This document shows positions 1 to 10,569 of a stretch of 64,000 bases of DNA, one piece after another. Below the pieces are notes generated by a model. That model did no database searches. It was not told the origin of the DNA and saw only the letters and a list, made by a program, of their open reading frames with translations. This DNA comes from Takakia lepidozioides (Eukaryota; Plantae; Bryophyta): positions 72,726,001 through 72,790,000 of the forward strand of contig CM060733.1 in the NCBI GenBank assembly GCA_030704615.1. Reading direction: 5' to 3'. Every line of letters starts with the position of its first letter. Position 1 is the first letter of the stretch. The translations under genes were made by a program, and so were the position numbers.

Positions 1-1639
1 TCTACAGTCATCCCTGTTGTAGGTCCAACCTGGCCTTCCGCTGCCAAGATACACAGAAATGCAGATGCATGCCATCCGGGCACCATCTCCTCGTCCGTCT
101 CACCATGCCACCGAGCTCCAGTGTCATCTTGTTGGCTCGTGCATGGATTGCGACTCAACCCATCTGCATTTCGATTGACCAAACCCGGTCGATGCACCAC
201 CTGAAAGTCATACTCTTGAAGGATGAGTGCCCACCGTGCAAGCTTCCCCGTAAGCTTGTCTGACTCCATCAACCACTTGAGTGGTTGGTGATCCGTGACA
301 AGGGTGAAGAGATTGCCGTATAAATAGCACCTGAAGTGTGCCACGGCCCACACTGCAGCTAAGCATTCTCCCTCATATGAGCTATACTTAGACTCTGCAG
401 CATTGTTGAGCGGCTAGCATAAGCCACTACGAACTCTCTTCCCTCATCATCCACCTGTGTGAGCACTGCTCCAAGCCCCAGCATGCTCCAATCTGTATGC
501 AGCTGAAAAGGACGCCCCCTGATAGGTCGTCTCAAGATGGGCGCCGAGGTCAACCTCGCCTTGAGCTCTTGAAAAGCTTGTTCTTGCTCATCTGCCCACT
601 GCCACTCCTGGTCCACCTTGGTCAGCTTGGTTAGAGCCTTTGCAATGGCACTAAATCCCTTAACAAACCGTCTGTAATAGTTTGCTAACCCCATGAAAGC
701 TCGAACTCGGCTCACATCCGTGGGGCGTGGAACCTGTGCAATGGACTCTACCTTAGTCTGCTGTACCCCCAATCCTCCAGGATATATCATGTGACCCAGA
801 TACTCAATCTGGTTGTGGAAAAACTTGCACTTGCCCGGATGTAACTTCAATCCGTGCGTCCTCAAGCGCTCAAATACCCCTTGAAGGTGTCTCTCATGCT
901 CCTCCACCGTAGCACTAAAGATGATGATGTCATCTATGTAGCACCGAGCAAACTCCACCCCTGCTAGAATCCTGTCCATGACTCTTTGAAACTCAGCGGG
1001 AGCGTTTTTAAGCCCAAATGGTAAGAACCGCCACTGGTATAGGCAATCCTTCCCGTGCTCATTGATCCCCCAGAATGCCGTCTTTTGCTTATCCGCCTCC
1101 TTGATCGGCAACTGGTGATATCCGGATCGTAAATCCAACGTGCTAAAGACCTTGGAATGCCCAATGGCATCAAAGATCTCCTCTGGTGTTGGCATGGCAT
1201 ACCTATCGGACTTGGTCTGACGATTTACAGGCCGGTAATCACCGCACATACGTCTCTCCGTCCAATTGCCATAGACATCCTTCTTGGCTGGCATCACTGT
1301 GGCTGAAGCATACTCTCCACCAGAGAGCTCCACCAAACCTGCCTCCCAGAGATCTTGAGTCCTCATCTGAATCAAAGACCTCTCCATGTCACTGTATCTA
1401 TAGGGTCTCCGAAAGATTGGCGTGTCAGTGGCCAACTCAATACGGATCTCTTGACCCTTCAGTGCTCCCAAGTCCTTCAAACTGAAGGCAAAGCAATTCC
1501 TGTAAGCCCTCAGGAACCGCCGTATACGTCGTCTCTCTCCTCCGGTGACAATGGGTCCAATATCAGGCTCCCAATTGTCCTCCGTAACTGCAACCTTAAG
1601 TCCAGTGGGCTTAGAGGTAGAGGACGCGTCCCGTGGTTG
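1..1639 (-). CDS. pol: Pol: reverse transcriptase and RNase H (one -1 frameshift near 410; integrase lies beyond the window)
   Basis: FAFSLKDLG, RMCGDYRPVN, LDLRSGYHQ, LPFGLKNAP, YIDD, LHTDWS..GLGAVL, VAYASRS. Restoring one A at ~410 gives NNAAESKYSSYEGECLAAVWAV..TDHQPLKWL..KLARWALILQEYDF. Confidence 0.95.
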
Positions 1640-3172
1640 CTATGCTGCAACCTCTTGAGCAGTACCCCCTTCCTGCTCAGTCAATGACAAGGCCTCATCC
1701 TGCCCCATCATCTCATCATTGAGAACCTCCTCATCCCGAGAAGAATCCCCAACCTCATCCATCACAGCTGCCTTCGCTGCCAACTCCCTCTGAACCTCGA
1801 GCACCTCCCACATGTGCCATGGATGTCTACACCTCGTGGTCCTCACCGGCTCGCCCCCACTCGCTGCCTGTACCGTCTCGGTAGGCAGAGAGACCATCAA
1901 GGGAAGTGCACTCCGCATTCTACGTTGCTCAGCCATAGCCAAGCTGACAATCCAGGTCAAGCAATTGAGATCCATTGCTTGCCCCAACACCTGACGACGT
2001 GATGCGTCAGAAAGGGAAGGCACCGCCGTGGTCCCAGTGGAAAACCCCATAGCCCGCTCTCGCTCGTCGGCATTAGGCTCCACTAACTGCTGCAACTGAG
2101 CATCCCACAGGAGGCCAGGTCCACCATCCCGAAAAGCATGGGATCCTGGGAAGCTGAGCAGTGTAGGTAATGCTGCTCGTGGTTGACCCACTCTGTTGAC
2201 CACTGCCAAAGGTGAACGGTCATCGTGTCTCACACGTTGGGACTGCCTTCCTGTGTCCAAAATGCCATCCACGGTGAGGTGTGCTGGCCGCTGCACCCCA
2301 TCAAATGCACGCTTGAGCAGTGCGGGTGGCATCAAGTTAGTCCACCATAGTCGTGGACGATGAGCCCGTGACCCCACTGCAGCTGCATCCAGCAATACTG
2401 CTGACCCAAGCCACGACCGGACTTGATGCACACTGGCCATCACCCTGGCCCGAGAATCACCCATCAGTGGCACATTCTCCAAGATGTATGCCGGAGATAC
2501 AGCCTGATGAAGCTGCAAGTGGCGCAAAATCCGCACCATCTCCCAAAACAGACCCGTCCTCGAGTCTCGCAATCCATTGCCATGCCCGGCTGATGAATGC
2601 CCTTGGCAGGGCCAACCTGCCACTACCAGATCAATGGAGCCAACCCGCTCCAAATCCTGCGCCCCCAGCAACGAAATGTCTGCTGGCAAGGCCTGCTGAT
2701 ATCCACGAACTGCAGACACCTGCAACAACTCAGGGTGCTGCTGCACCATCTGAGCCACATGGCGCAGTGAGACGCGTCGTGCAGTCTCATCCCTCTCCAC
2801 ATACAGGTAACGCCTTACCCGCACACCTGCCTGTAGCACAGCAGCCAATCCGGTGCTGATCCCGCCAAACAAGTCCAGAAGGCAAATGCCTTCATCCGGC
2901 CGCTGCCACACAAGAGGTGTGGTGTCCAATGGCGACAACTGAGGTGGCCCTGGTGCAATCACCGCACTCTCCTCCTCTCCTGACGGTACAAAAGCTTCTA
3001 CCCAAGCTTGTTGCACCCGTCCATCAGCAGCTTGCTGCAAATCCTTGTTCGTACCCCACAACGGAGTGTGAGCAACCATGGCAGGCAATTCCGCCGTACC
3101 ATGCATGTCATCCTGCTCTGCTGTGGCACATCCTCTGCATGGGCATTGCCTTCCAGCAACTCTCCAGGCCAA
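1640..3172 (-). CDS. DNMT3/DRM-like C5-cytosine DNA methyltransferase domain embedded in pol (core ~1960-2890)
   Basis: Motif I LLDLFGGISTG, II YVERD, IV DLVVAGWPCQ (catalytic PC), VI ILENV, VIII HRPRLWWTN, IX ERERAMGF and X RQVLGQAM, in linear order. Same frame as RT, separated by a single TAG at 1640-1642. Confidence 0.93.
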   Translation of the reverse strand: MAWRVAGRQCPCRGCATAEQDDMHGTAELPAMVAHTPLWGTNKDLQQAADGRVQQAWVEAFVPSGEEESAVIAPGPPQLSPLDTTPLVWQRPDEGICLLDLFGGISTGLAAVLQAGVRVRRYLYVERDETARRVSLRHVAQMVQQHPELLQVSAVRGYQQALPADISLLGAQDLERVGSIDLVVAGWPCQGHSSAGHGNGLRDSRTGLFWEMVRILRHLQLHQAVSPAYILENVPLMGDSRARVMASVHQVRSWLGSAVLLDAAAVGSRAHRPRLWWTNLMPPALLKRAFDGVQRPAHLTVDGILDTGRQSQRVRHDDRSPLAVVNRVGQPRAALPTLLSFPGSHAFRDGGPGLLWDAQLQQLVEPNADERERAMGFSTGTTAVPSLSDASRRQVLGQAMDLNCLTWIVSLAMAEQRRMRSALPLMVSLPTETVQAASGGEPVRTTRCRHPWHMWEVLEVQRELAAKAAVMDEVGDSSRDEEVLNDEMMGQDEALSLTEQEGGTAQEVAA

Positions 3173-4002
3173 CTAACTGCAGCTGTGAAGGCGGCTAGTG
3201 TTGGCATCTTGCCCCGCTGAGCAGCTGCAATACCCCCAATGAATGTCACAGGGAGCTGTGCACGGCGACCATCCCCTGACTGCCATCCAGGCCTGTAGGA
3301 TGCTGACTCCTCCCAGAAATCCAGGGTGAAGCCCATGGGGTATAACACTGCCCCACCAACGAGGACATCGTAAGAGACCGCGTCTGTCACAATGGCCTTG
3401 GCTCGCATCACTGAGCCATCTACAGGATGATCCGGCTGCAGTCTAATAGCCAACTGATGCCGTGTCATGCCGCGAGCCTGCTCTGATCCTCCCAGAGATG
3501 TCTGTATCTGGAAAGGACAAGGCTCCATATCCGCCTCCATGAGGCCCAAACCTGCAATAGCAGCTCTGCCCAACATCAGTGGCTGAGCTCCTGAGTCCAA
3601 CAAGACCCGCAGTGGCCGGTACTTCTTGCCTGCCGGTCCACTCAAAGTGAAAATGCCTCCCTGGTTGTCTAACAAGACAACTCCAGGTGTCACCATGGCG
3701 CGCTCAATGGCTGGCCTAGCTGGCAGCTCCGTCAATCTGGCAGCTGCAGCTTGCCAGGGCGCTGCCGTGGCAGTCTTGACCCTCAAATCCGAGGATCCCT
3801 CTGCCACTACACCTTCCACTAACTCCGCAGAAGATGAAGTGACCTCTCCACTCTCGCAGAGTGTTGCTGCTAGTCTGAACACTGCAGCTGGTCTCACTCC
3901 CGGCGTCGCAATCATGGTTGCCGAGAACAATGGGGCTTGACACACAGAGGTGGCTGCCCCCAATAACACACCGGCCGCACTAGCCTTGGCAGCAGGAGTC
4001 AA
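2998..4002 (-). CDS. Retropepsin-like aspartic protease region of gag-pol
   Basis: VLLDSGAQ active site (~3585-3610) and YDVLVG flap/terminal motif. Lies between gag and DNMT, with single-base frameshifts at both junctions. Confidence 0.85.
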   Translation of the reverse strand: MTPAAKASAAGVLLGAATSVCQAPLFSATMIATPGVRPAAVFRLAATLCESGEVTSSSAELVEGVVAEGSSDLRVKTATAAPWQAAAARLTELPARPAIERAMVTPGVVLLDNQGGIFTLSGPAGKKYRPLRVLLDSGAQPLMLGRAAIAGLGLMEADMEPCPFQIQTSLGGSEQARGMTRHQLAIRLQPDHPVDGSVMRAKAIVTDAVSYDVLVGGAVLYPMGFTLDFWEESASYRPGWQSGDGRRAQLPVTFIGGIAAAQRGKMPTLAAFTAAVSWPGELLEGNAHAEDVPQQSRMTCMVRRNCLPWLLTLRCGVRTRICSKLLMDGCNKLG

Positions 4003-5843
4003 TGCTGCACGTGTAGCTCTCCCAATGGCATAGTAACCTCCGCCTCGGTAACAGTCGGGCGAGAACTAGGTGCCATGGATGGCGTTGACACTGTCTCCGC
4101 CAAGGTGAATGACTGAGGCAGCCTTGCCTGGCGGCTTGCTTCCCCACGTTGTGGATCCAACTCCACCTCTGCACCTCGTGGCTCAGGAACTCGTGTTGCT
4201 CCTCGAGTCACGGCTGCAGCAGACTCCACCTGCTCTAATGGTAGTGCTGCTCCGCACATAAATCCCATTCCGCCCATATCTCCTCCCTCAGGAGCAGGAG
4301 GTGGGCCATCCCGCCTGGGAGCCGGTACCGCCTGAGCTATAGCCATGGCAGCGAGCCTCTGCTCTAGCTGCTGAAGCCGATTGGCCATGCCTTGGTCAAC
4401 ACCCTGACCTCCGCGTCCTTGGCCATGTGGAGGTTGCCCTTGGCCTGCACCTCGTGCCCGACCACCTCGTCCTCTTTGGGCTGGTCCACCTCGCCCCTGG
4501 CCGCCATTGTTCCCTTGGAACTGGCCTGGACGCAACTCAGGATGCAAGTCATAACACTGGGCATCTCCATGCCCATACTTGCCACAATGCCCACACTGCA
4601 ACTGTGCAGGCTGTGCTTGTGCCGGCCTTCTGCCACTCTCTGGGCAATCTCTCTTGACATGGGGTCCTCCACATGTCCAACATATCACCCCTGGTTGCTG
4701 TTGGCCTGCAAAAGATGCCACGGGCCTCTGCACCTGAGGTCCCCTGTAAGCTCCATGGAACTTGGGCTGGGCAACCTTGCCCCCCTGACCACGCTGTTGG
4801 GCAGTCCCTTGTGCTTGTGGGCTGACAGCTGTGCCCCGTACAGGCATGTCCTTACCAAATCCAATTGTAACAACTCGCTCCTCCACCATGTTGAGCTCAA
4901 TCCGCTCAGCCAGCAGAAACACATCTGCTAATGTGGGTTGGGCTGCTTGTAACAGGGTTGCATCTCGCACCCTTCTCTTGAGCTCCTTGTCCAGAATTCC
5001 ATACCAAAACTGGATTGCCTGAGCTTCAGTAACCCCTTGGGTCACACTTATCAAGCGCCTCATACGAGTGTACGCCTCTCGCAGGCTCTCACTGGGTTTG
5101 CGCTGGAAGTCTTGCAAACTTCGCAGCTTCTCTGTCCGTACACCTTGGTAGTTCCTCCGCAACTCCTGGAAGAACTCCACCACCGGGTTGAATCTAGGCA
5201 CATGTGTTGTAGCTGTGGCAGGAGGAGTAGTAGCACCTTCTGAACTGGTACCACCTGCAGAAGTACCAGCACTACCAGCTCCACTACTAGTGCTGGCAGT
5301 GGGAGCTATTGGTACTGATGCAGCTACTGGTCGCGTCATGCCTCGAGTAATGGAGATGTAGTCAGGTGACCAATACATCCTCCACTCCTCAATCTCTGCT
5401 TCATGTCCTCGCCTGAACTCGTGGTAATCGTCCATAGGCGGGCCTTCCAAATGCTGGAACAGTCCCTTCCACGCCATGAATGGGGTGAATAGATGTGGAT
5501 TGCGCATCTGCTGCAAATCACACCAGCTGTCGAACTCCTGGATAAAGTCATCCAACTCGATTGTGCCCACAGCTCCAGAGTACCTACGAGGCCCCTTGGT
5601 AGCTCCATACATCTCCTCCATGTCGTCCCACAACAATGGCGAATGAAAGTGCACACCTGTTGATGAAGCCTCCGAGCCTGTGTCTGACTCTACAGTAATT
5701 GAGGGTGGCGGTGAAGGTGGTCTGAACCGAATACCTCGTCTTGTGAACCCACTCTCACTGTTACTGCCTGTAGCCGTACTCCCCTCAAAACCCTTGGGTA
5801 ACTCCGTAATGACACTCACAATGTGCACCTCCTCCAGTGACAC
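3999..5843 (-). CDS. gag: Gag with two CCHC zinc knuckles
   Basis: Capsid-like FQRKPSESLREAYTRM (Q..ES..Y..RF-type motif), CWTCGGPHVKRDC, CGHCGKYGHGDAQC, and an RGG-rich tail. Confidence 0.9.
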   Translation of the reverse strand: MSLEEVHIVSVITELPKGFEGSTATGSNSESGFTRRGIRFRPPSPPPSITVESDTGSEASSTGVHFHSPLLWDDMEEMYGATKGPRRYSGAVGTIELDDFIQEFDSWCDLQQMRNPHLFTPFMAWKGLFQHLEGPPMDDYHEFRRGHEAEIEEWRMYWSPDYISITRGMTRPVAASVPIAPTASTSSGAGSAGTSAGGTSSEGATTPPATATTHVPRFNPVVEFFQELRRNYQGVRTEKLRSLQDFQRKPSESLREAYTRMRRLISVTQGVTEAQAIQFWYGILDKELKRRVRDATLLQAAQPTLADVFLLAERIELNMVEERVVTIGFGKDMPVRGTAVSPQAQGTAQQRGQGGKVAQPKFHGAYRGPQVQRPVASFAGQQQPGVICWTCGGPHVKRDCPESGRRPAQAQPAQLQCGHCGKYGHGDAQCYDLHPELRPGQFQGNNGGQGRGGPAQRGRGGRARGAGQGQPPHGQGRGGQGVDQGMANRLQQLEQRLAAMAIAQAVPAPRRDGPPPAPEGGDMGGMGFMCGAALPLEQVESAAAVTRGATRVPEPRGAEVELDPQRGEASRQARLPQSFTLAETVSTPSMAPSSRPTVTEAEVTMPLGELHVQH

Positions 5844-6356
5844 TATAAGGCTCTAGTACTAATCTAATAGTGACACGGGTGGGCACCTGTTGCAGTCTAA
5901 AGGGTCATATCCCAGTGGCTCAGGGCACCTGCACCTGCATCCACCGCAAGAACTCATATGGTTGGCTGGTCATCAACCCAGCCTCACCATAGAAGAAACA
6001 CTGGTGGTCTTGCTGGTCATCACTCCAGCCTCACCACCGACAGCATACTCTAGGATTGACCGGTGATCAAATCCGGCCTAATCCCTATGAAAGCAAGCGC
6101 CCACACAAAACCAACATGGCGCACAGTCAAGCATGCAGGTGTTGGGGGGGATCCAAACACAAGAAATCAAAACATCAACACCCCCACACCAAAATCCAGC
6201 TGCAATGCTGATCCTGCAGAATATCCCAGCCCAAAACCCCGGACTGACTGGCCTCCACCAAGAGAGGCTTTGGCAACTACAAGTATAAGGTAATGAAAAT
6301 AGTACAGAGATGGAGGGGAAGAATAGAAGCCCGCCCAAGCAAGATCTAACCCTGAT

Positions 6357-7193
6357 CTATGCTATCAACTTCCAGACTTCTCTCAAAGTACCTCGCTCTG
6401 CTTGATGGTAAGGTGTAGGAGGTATATCTATGTCCAGAAACCTGCCACTAACCTTGTCCCAAGCTACAGTAGCTCGCTCTAACCAACCCTCCTCCTCTTT
6501 CTGCCAGGTAGAGACAAAGCAACACTCTGCTATCTCCCGCTCACTGAACACTAAAGAAAACAAAGGTAGGGTCTGATAGTCTCTCAACTCGAAAGCTTTG
6601 AGACGGTTGCGGGTGTCTTCATTGCGAATGACTGCATCGCCTTCAAACAGAACAAACTTGTCCTCGCTAATGAACCCCCGCTCGTGGTTGCCTTGTGCAG
6701 CGCGTGTCCGACTGCAACACTGTCTAATTGCACAAACTTGTGCAGCTCCTGCTCCTCTGCTCCAGTACACCACGGCCTTGTGGCTGAACACCTTGGTCCC
6801 CGGTGCTGTCTTTGGCTGTGTTCCAAGCCTAGCTTTCACCCACTTTGGTATTTCACCTACAGCTGCAGAACTGCTGGCTCCAACAGAGTTCTGACTGTCC
6901 AAGGCGATATTGAGGCCCTCAATGCCAACTACAGCAGTCTGTTGTCTACTGCTAATGCCTGACTCCCAGTATGCAATCAACTCGTCCAACTGTTCTCCAC
7001 TCAAATCAGTCTGAGTTCCTTGGGAAACATAGATCCTGTCCCCTTGTGTGCACAGGCTAAGAGAAGAGACCTGCCCTTCAATTACATCCTCATTTCCCCC
7101 AGCCATACAGGGAGTACATCCACAGGTTTGTCTCTCATATAGGCCAGCACAGGTTCTAGAAACAGGATTGTGGATATTTCGTGGCACACTCAC
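6357..7193 (-). CDS. Unknown 278-aa ORF upstream of gag (possible accessory ORF0)
   Basis: Uninterrupted ORF on the gag strand with a Cys-rich N-terminus (CAGL..CGCTPC) and a globular-looking C-terminus. No recognisable family. Confidence 0.45.
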   Translation of the reverse strand: MSVPRNIHNPVSRTCAGLYERQTCGCTPCMAGGNEDVIEGQVSSLSLCTQGDRIYVSQGTQTDLSGEQLDELIAYWESGISSRQQTAVVGIEGLNIALDSQNSVGASSSAAVGEIPKWVKARLGTQPKTAPGTKVFSHKAVVYWSRGAGAAQVCAIRQCCSRTRAAQGNHERGFISEDKFVLFEGDAVIRNEDTRNRLKAFELRDYQTLPLFSLVFSEREIAECCFVSTWQKEEEGWLERATVAWDKVSGRFLDIDIPPTPYHQAERGTLREVWKLIA

Positions 7194-7734
7194 ACTCTAA
7201 AAATTCCATAGATTTTTAGCAGAGTCCCCAAAACAGAAACCAGGTTTAGATAGGTAGATTTCCCCTTTCTGTAGGTCCCTGTGCAAATTTGAGGTCAAAC
7301 AGCCTTTGTATGACCAAGTTATGGCAAAAACAGGCTCTGTATAATTTAAATTGGATCAAAGCAAAGCTCCAAATGTATTTCAATAAATACAAGTATTTTT
7401 GGCGTACCCTACATGTTTCATGCGAATACCCGTAATTCCGAGGACGGATCTCTACATATGCAGGAGCTTTAAAACTGGGAGTCGGGGATTTGCTACTGGT
7501 CGGTGTAGGAAAGAAAACTTCGCAGTCTGGTGCCAAGCGTCACGAATACCACTCCAAGCAGCGATGGCCTAATGCCCAAGATCCTGTCTTAACTGCGTGA
7601 TTTGTTCAATCAATGGAGCCCCTTCAAGCAACTGCTTCGGTCGTTTGTACTGATCATGTCTTCTTAGCTAGCCCCCCACCCTGCCCCCTCCCTCTCACAT
7701 TGTGTCAGATGAACACCTTAGCACGGAAGAGGCC

Positions 7735-7960
7735 ATCGAGCAGAATTGACATCACGGTGGACATAGTGGGCCTTGGTGTAATCGTGGATGTACTCCAACC
7801 CCCTCGCTACATCCAAGGCTATCTGCACTCTGCCTGACCACGGTAATGGCCGATGCCCATTTGCAGCAGCGTTATGAAGACGATCGGTGAGAGCTCCCTT
7901 CTCAACCAACTCGTAAACCAGGAACAGACTAGTCTCACCTGCCGAATATCCGATCAACTC
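7735..7960 (-). pseudogene. LysM receptor-like kinase (LYK3-like) kinase-domain fragment
   Basis: [59 protein letters not shown]. Truncated after HRD; no DFG or APE. Confidence 0.75.
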
Positions 7961-10569
7961 CGCCTTCGGTGGAACAACCCAACTCACAAAGAATTCAGAC
8001 CAGTTCCCAACGTATCTGGAGCGACCCTGGAAATTGTATTCTCGCACGGTACATTTGGGAGTAATTGTTAACCCAACTGGCTGGCTTCCTTGGTTGGGTA
8101 CCTTTGCATTCAAGACCCTTTTTTATGCAGAGTATCAAAGCAGGCGGTCTCATGGGGTCTCATACAGGTCCACGCAAATCACCAGTCCAAAGGTGGCCGA
8201 CCACTTTTCAGGCTTCAAACACCTGGCTACCAGGTACATGAATCAATGGGTTTTATACTTCGCTCTGATTTCTTCAATAGCTGATGTCGTAGCTTCCTTT
8301 GTCTGGAATGTCGCTTAGACAATCGTCTTCTGCATCCCTCATGTTGATGCAAAAGATCCGCAAGCTGGAGAATTTTTTTAAGACAAATAAAATAAAATAA
8401 AACCCAATGTGACCAGCAGCAGCCGACAGAGGCTGATAGGTGGCAGACCTCCTACTAGCTCTCCAGCAGCCCGCAGTAGTTTGAACCTTCCACCCTGAGC
8501 CTAGCAGGCATGAAGAAGGGCGGGAATCTTCCAGCTTCCCCGAATGATACACCCGATGCAGTGAAAATCAGAATAATACAAAGCTCTACCCTGTTTCCAC
8601 AAGAAAATCGCAGTGATAGAGACATCCCAGTGAAATGATATTGCTCAAGAGTTGACGCATTACATCACCAATAAGTACAATCGACATCTGCACGCATTGG
8701 CTGATGACGTGCAATCCAACACGATGCCCAGGTAGCAGTTCCGCACACTGTCACCGCCTGCTCTACATTCTCGTGGCCTCACTAGCCCCAATACATGCTT
8801 CTACTTGTGCTCGACTCGGTGATTTCAGATGCCACTAGTACTTGGACCGGCCCCCATGGTGAAGATTGAACCTGCTCGACCTTCAGTGTCCGGCAATGCA
8901 CCGGTTAACCTATATTACGGGAAGCAATACCTTCTTTCAACAATATGGGCTTCTCAGTTCAGCCCCTTCCAACAACCTTGTACAAAGCAAAGCATTCTGT
9001 TCTCGACAGATATATATATGGATTACATAATTCTCCACTTCACCAGCTCTCAAACAAGCTTTGAAACAAAAACAAGTATACTAGTGCTAACTAAAAACTC
9101 ACATCTAGCACTGACAATGCAAGCTCATCTCTCTCGAGTGATAAACAAAGCTAAAAAGGACATACACTTCCAACACAAGAAATATGAAATCCATCGCTAT
9201 CACTCATTGAAACTGAAGTCGAGCCAGGGGCACCCCAAGCTATGGGGACTCCACCCCACAACAACCTGTATCCCTACATAAGCACACTAAAACCTAAACA
9301 CATGCAGGAGCTCGGTCGCGCAGGCTCAACTCGAGAGAGATGAGCCGCGCGACTGCCGCTCTCGTGAAGATAAGACAGACCAGGTGTCAAACTAAACTTG
9401 ACACCTGATTTAACACTTGACCTAAATCCAAGTGTTAAATACAAATAACTAGTTTTATTCTAGCTGTTTTCACACTGTGCTTATTTAACTTGACACAATA
9501 TCTGAGTAAGCCAATTTATCAGACATTTATCAGTAGATGAAACTGTGAAGGCAGGATTCCTCCTCACCTGGTTTTTGGTCTTGGATGAATGGACACCGGA
9601 TGTATCTTGGATGAACTGCTACGTTAATACAACTAAGATGAGCTAGTACAGCTAAGGGTATTAATATAAACTTGTCTTTTCTAAACAGCTAGTTTCTTTG
9701 GATTAGATTAGGATAACAGGCCGAGCTGGCACTGTTTTATGGTTCGCCAATGTATGATGGCCATTTGGGCCTAGATTCTAGTACTACTTAAGCTAGTGCG
9801 CGAACGCAAGCTGGGTGGTGGATTTGATCTCAGATTGTGTACTTTGGATGTGCTGGATGGTGTAGTTGGTGTGCTATTGATGTGTGATGAAAAATGTTGT
9901 TTCGTTAAGTCCTCTGGTGTAGATTCCATCCTTTTGGTTAAGCAAGTCTACTCACTATATCCCCTCGTTTTAGCCATTCCCGGTAGAGGAAGGGAATAAC
10001 CCCTTGGCGCCGGAATCTTGGTGGAGATGCGGAGTAACTAAAATCGTACCCACGACGGATGATACTAATCATTTCAGGTGATTGTCTGTGACAGGAAGAA
10101 TAAGGTACAATCGCCAAGGGTGCAATGGCGGCACGCTTTCAGCACTTTGTTTTTGCGAGCTCGTTTCTAACTTACACAAACATGTGAGGAAAGTGGTTGC
10201 AGAAAGCTATGGTGACTCCAGGCCCCCGGATCAACGTTCGCCTTTTTCCCCTTCGCGATGAGTGTGTGCGGCGAGGCTCGTTAGAGAGCCCTTTCAACTT
10301 TTCGCTTATGTTCTCGTTTTTGAGCCACAGTAGTAACTACTTTGGCTGCTTCTTCCGCAGCCTCCGCTTCAAACTTAGCAACCCAAAAATTTGAGGCGGT
10401 GTCAAGCTCGATTTCCTCTCTCTACCACGGCTCGTTTTTGTCAAATGCAGTGTGCCTGCAAATGTCTTCGCTCAAGCGCACTTGGAGCTCGTGAATGAAT
10501 GTTAACTCAAAATTGAGATCAGGAGTTATCTCAACTAGAATCGACTCGGAGTTAGATGATGACCGGCGA

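Larger units (their letters stand above)
1..7200 (-). mobile_element. Ty3/Gypsy LTR retrotransposon carrying a C5 DNA methyltransferase (ORF0-gag-PR-DNMT-RT-RNaseH; runs off the left edge; 5' LTR not resolved)
   Basis: Collinear minus-strand gag (CCHC knuckles), DSGA protease, DNMT, YIDD RT and RNase H in Gypsy order. Confidence 0.92.

Noticed and set aside
7518-7552. PBS and 5' LTR boundary of the DNMT-Gypsy (TGGTATTCGTGACG / TGGCACCAGAC)
   Set aside because: No clean CA-TGG junction or recognisable tRNA match, and the partner LTR is outside the window.
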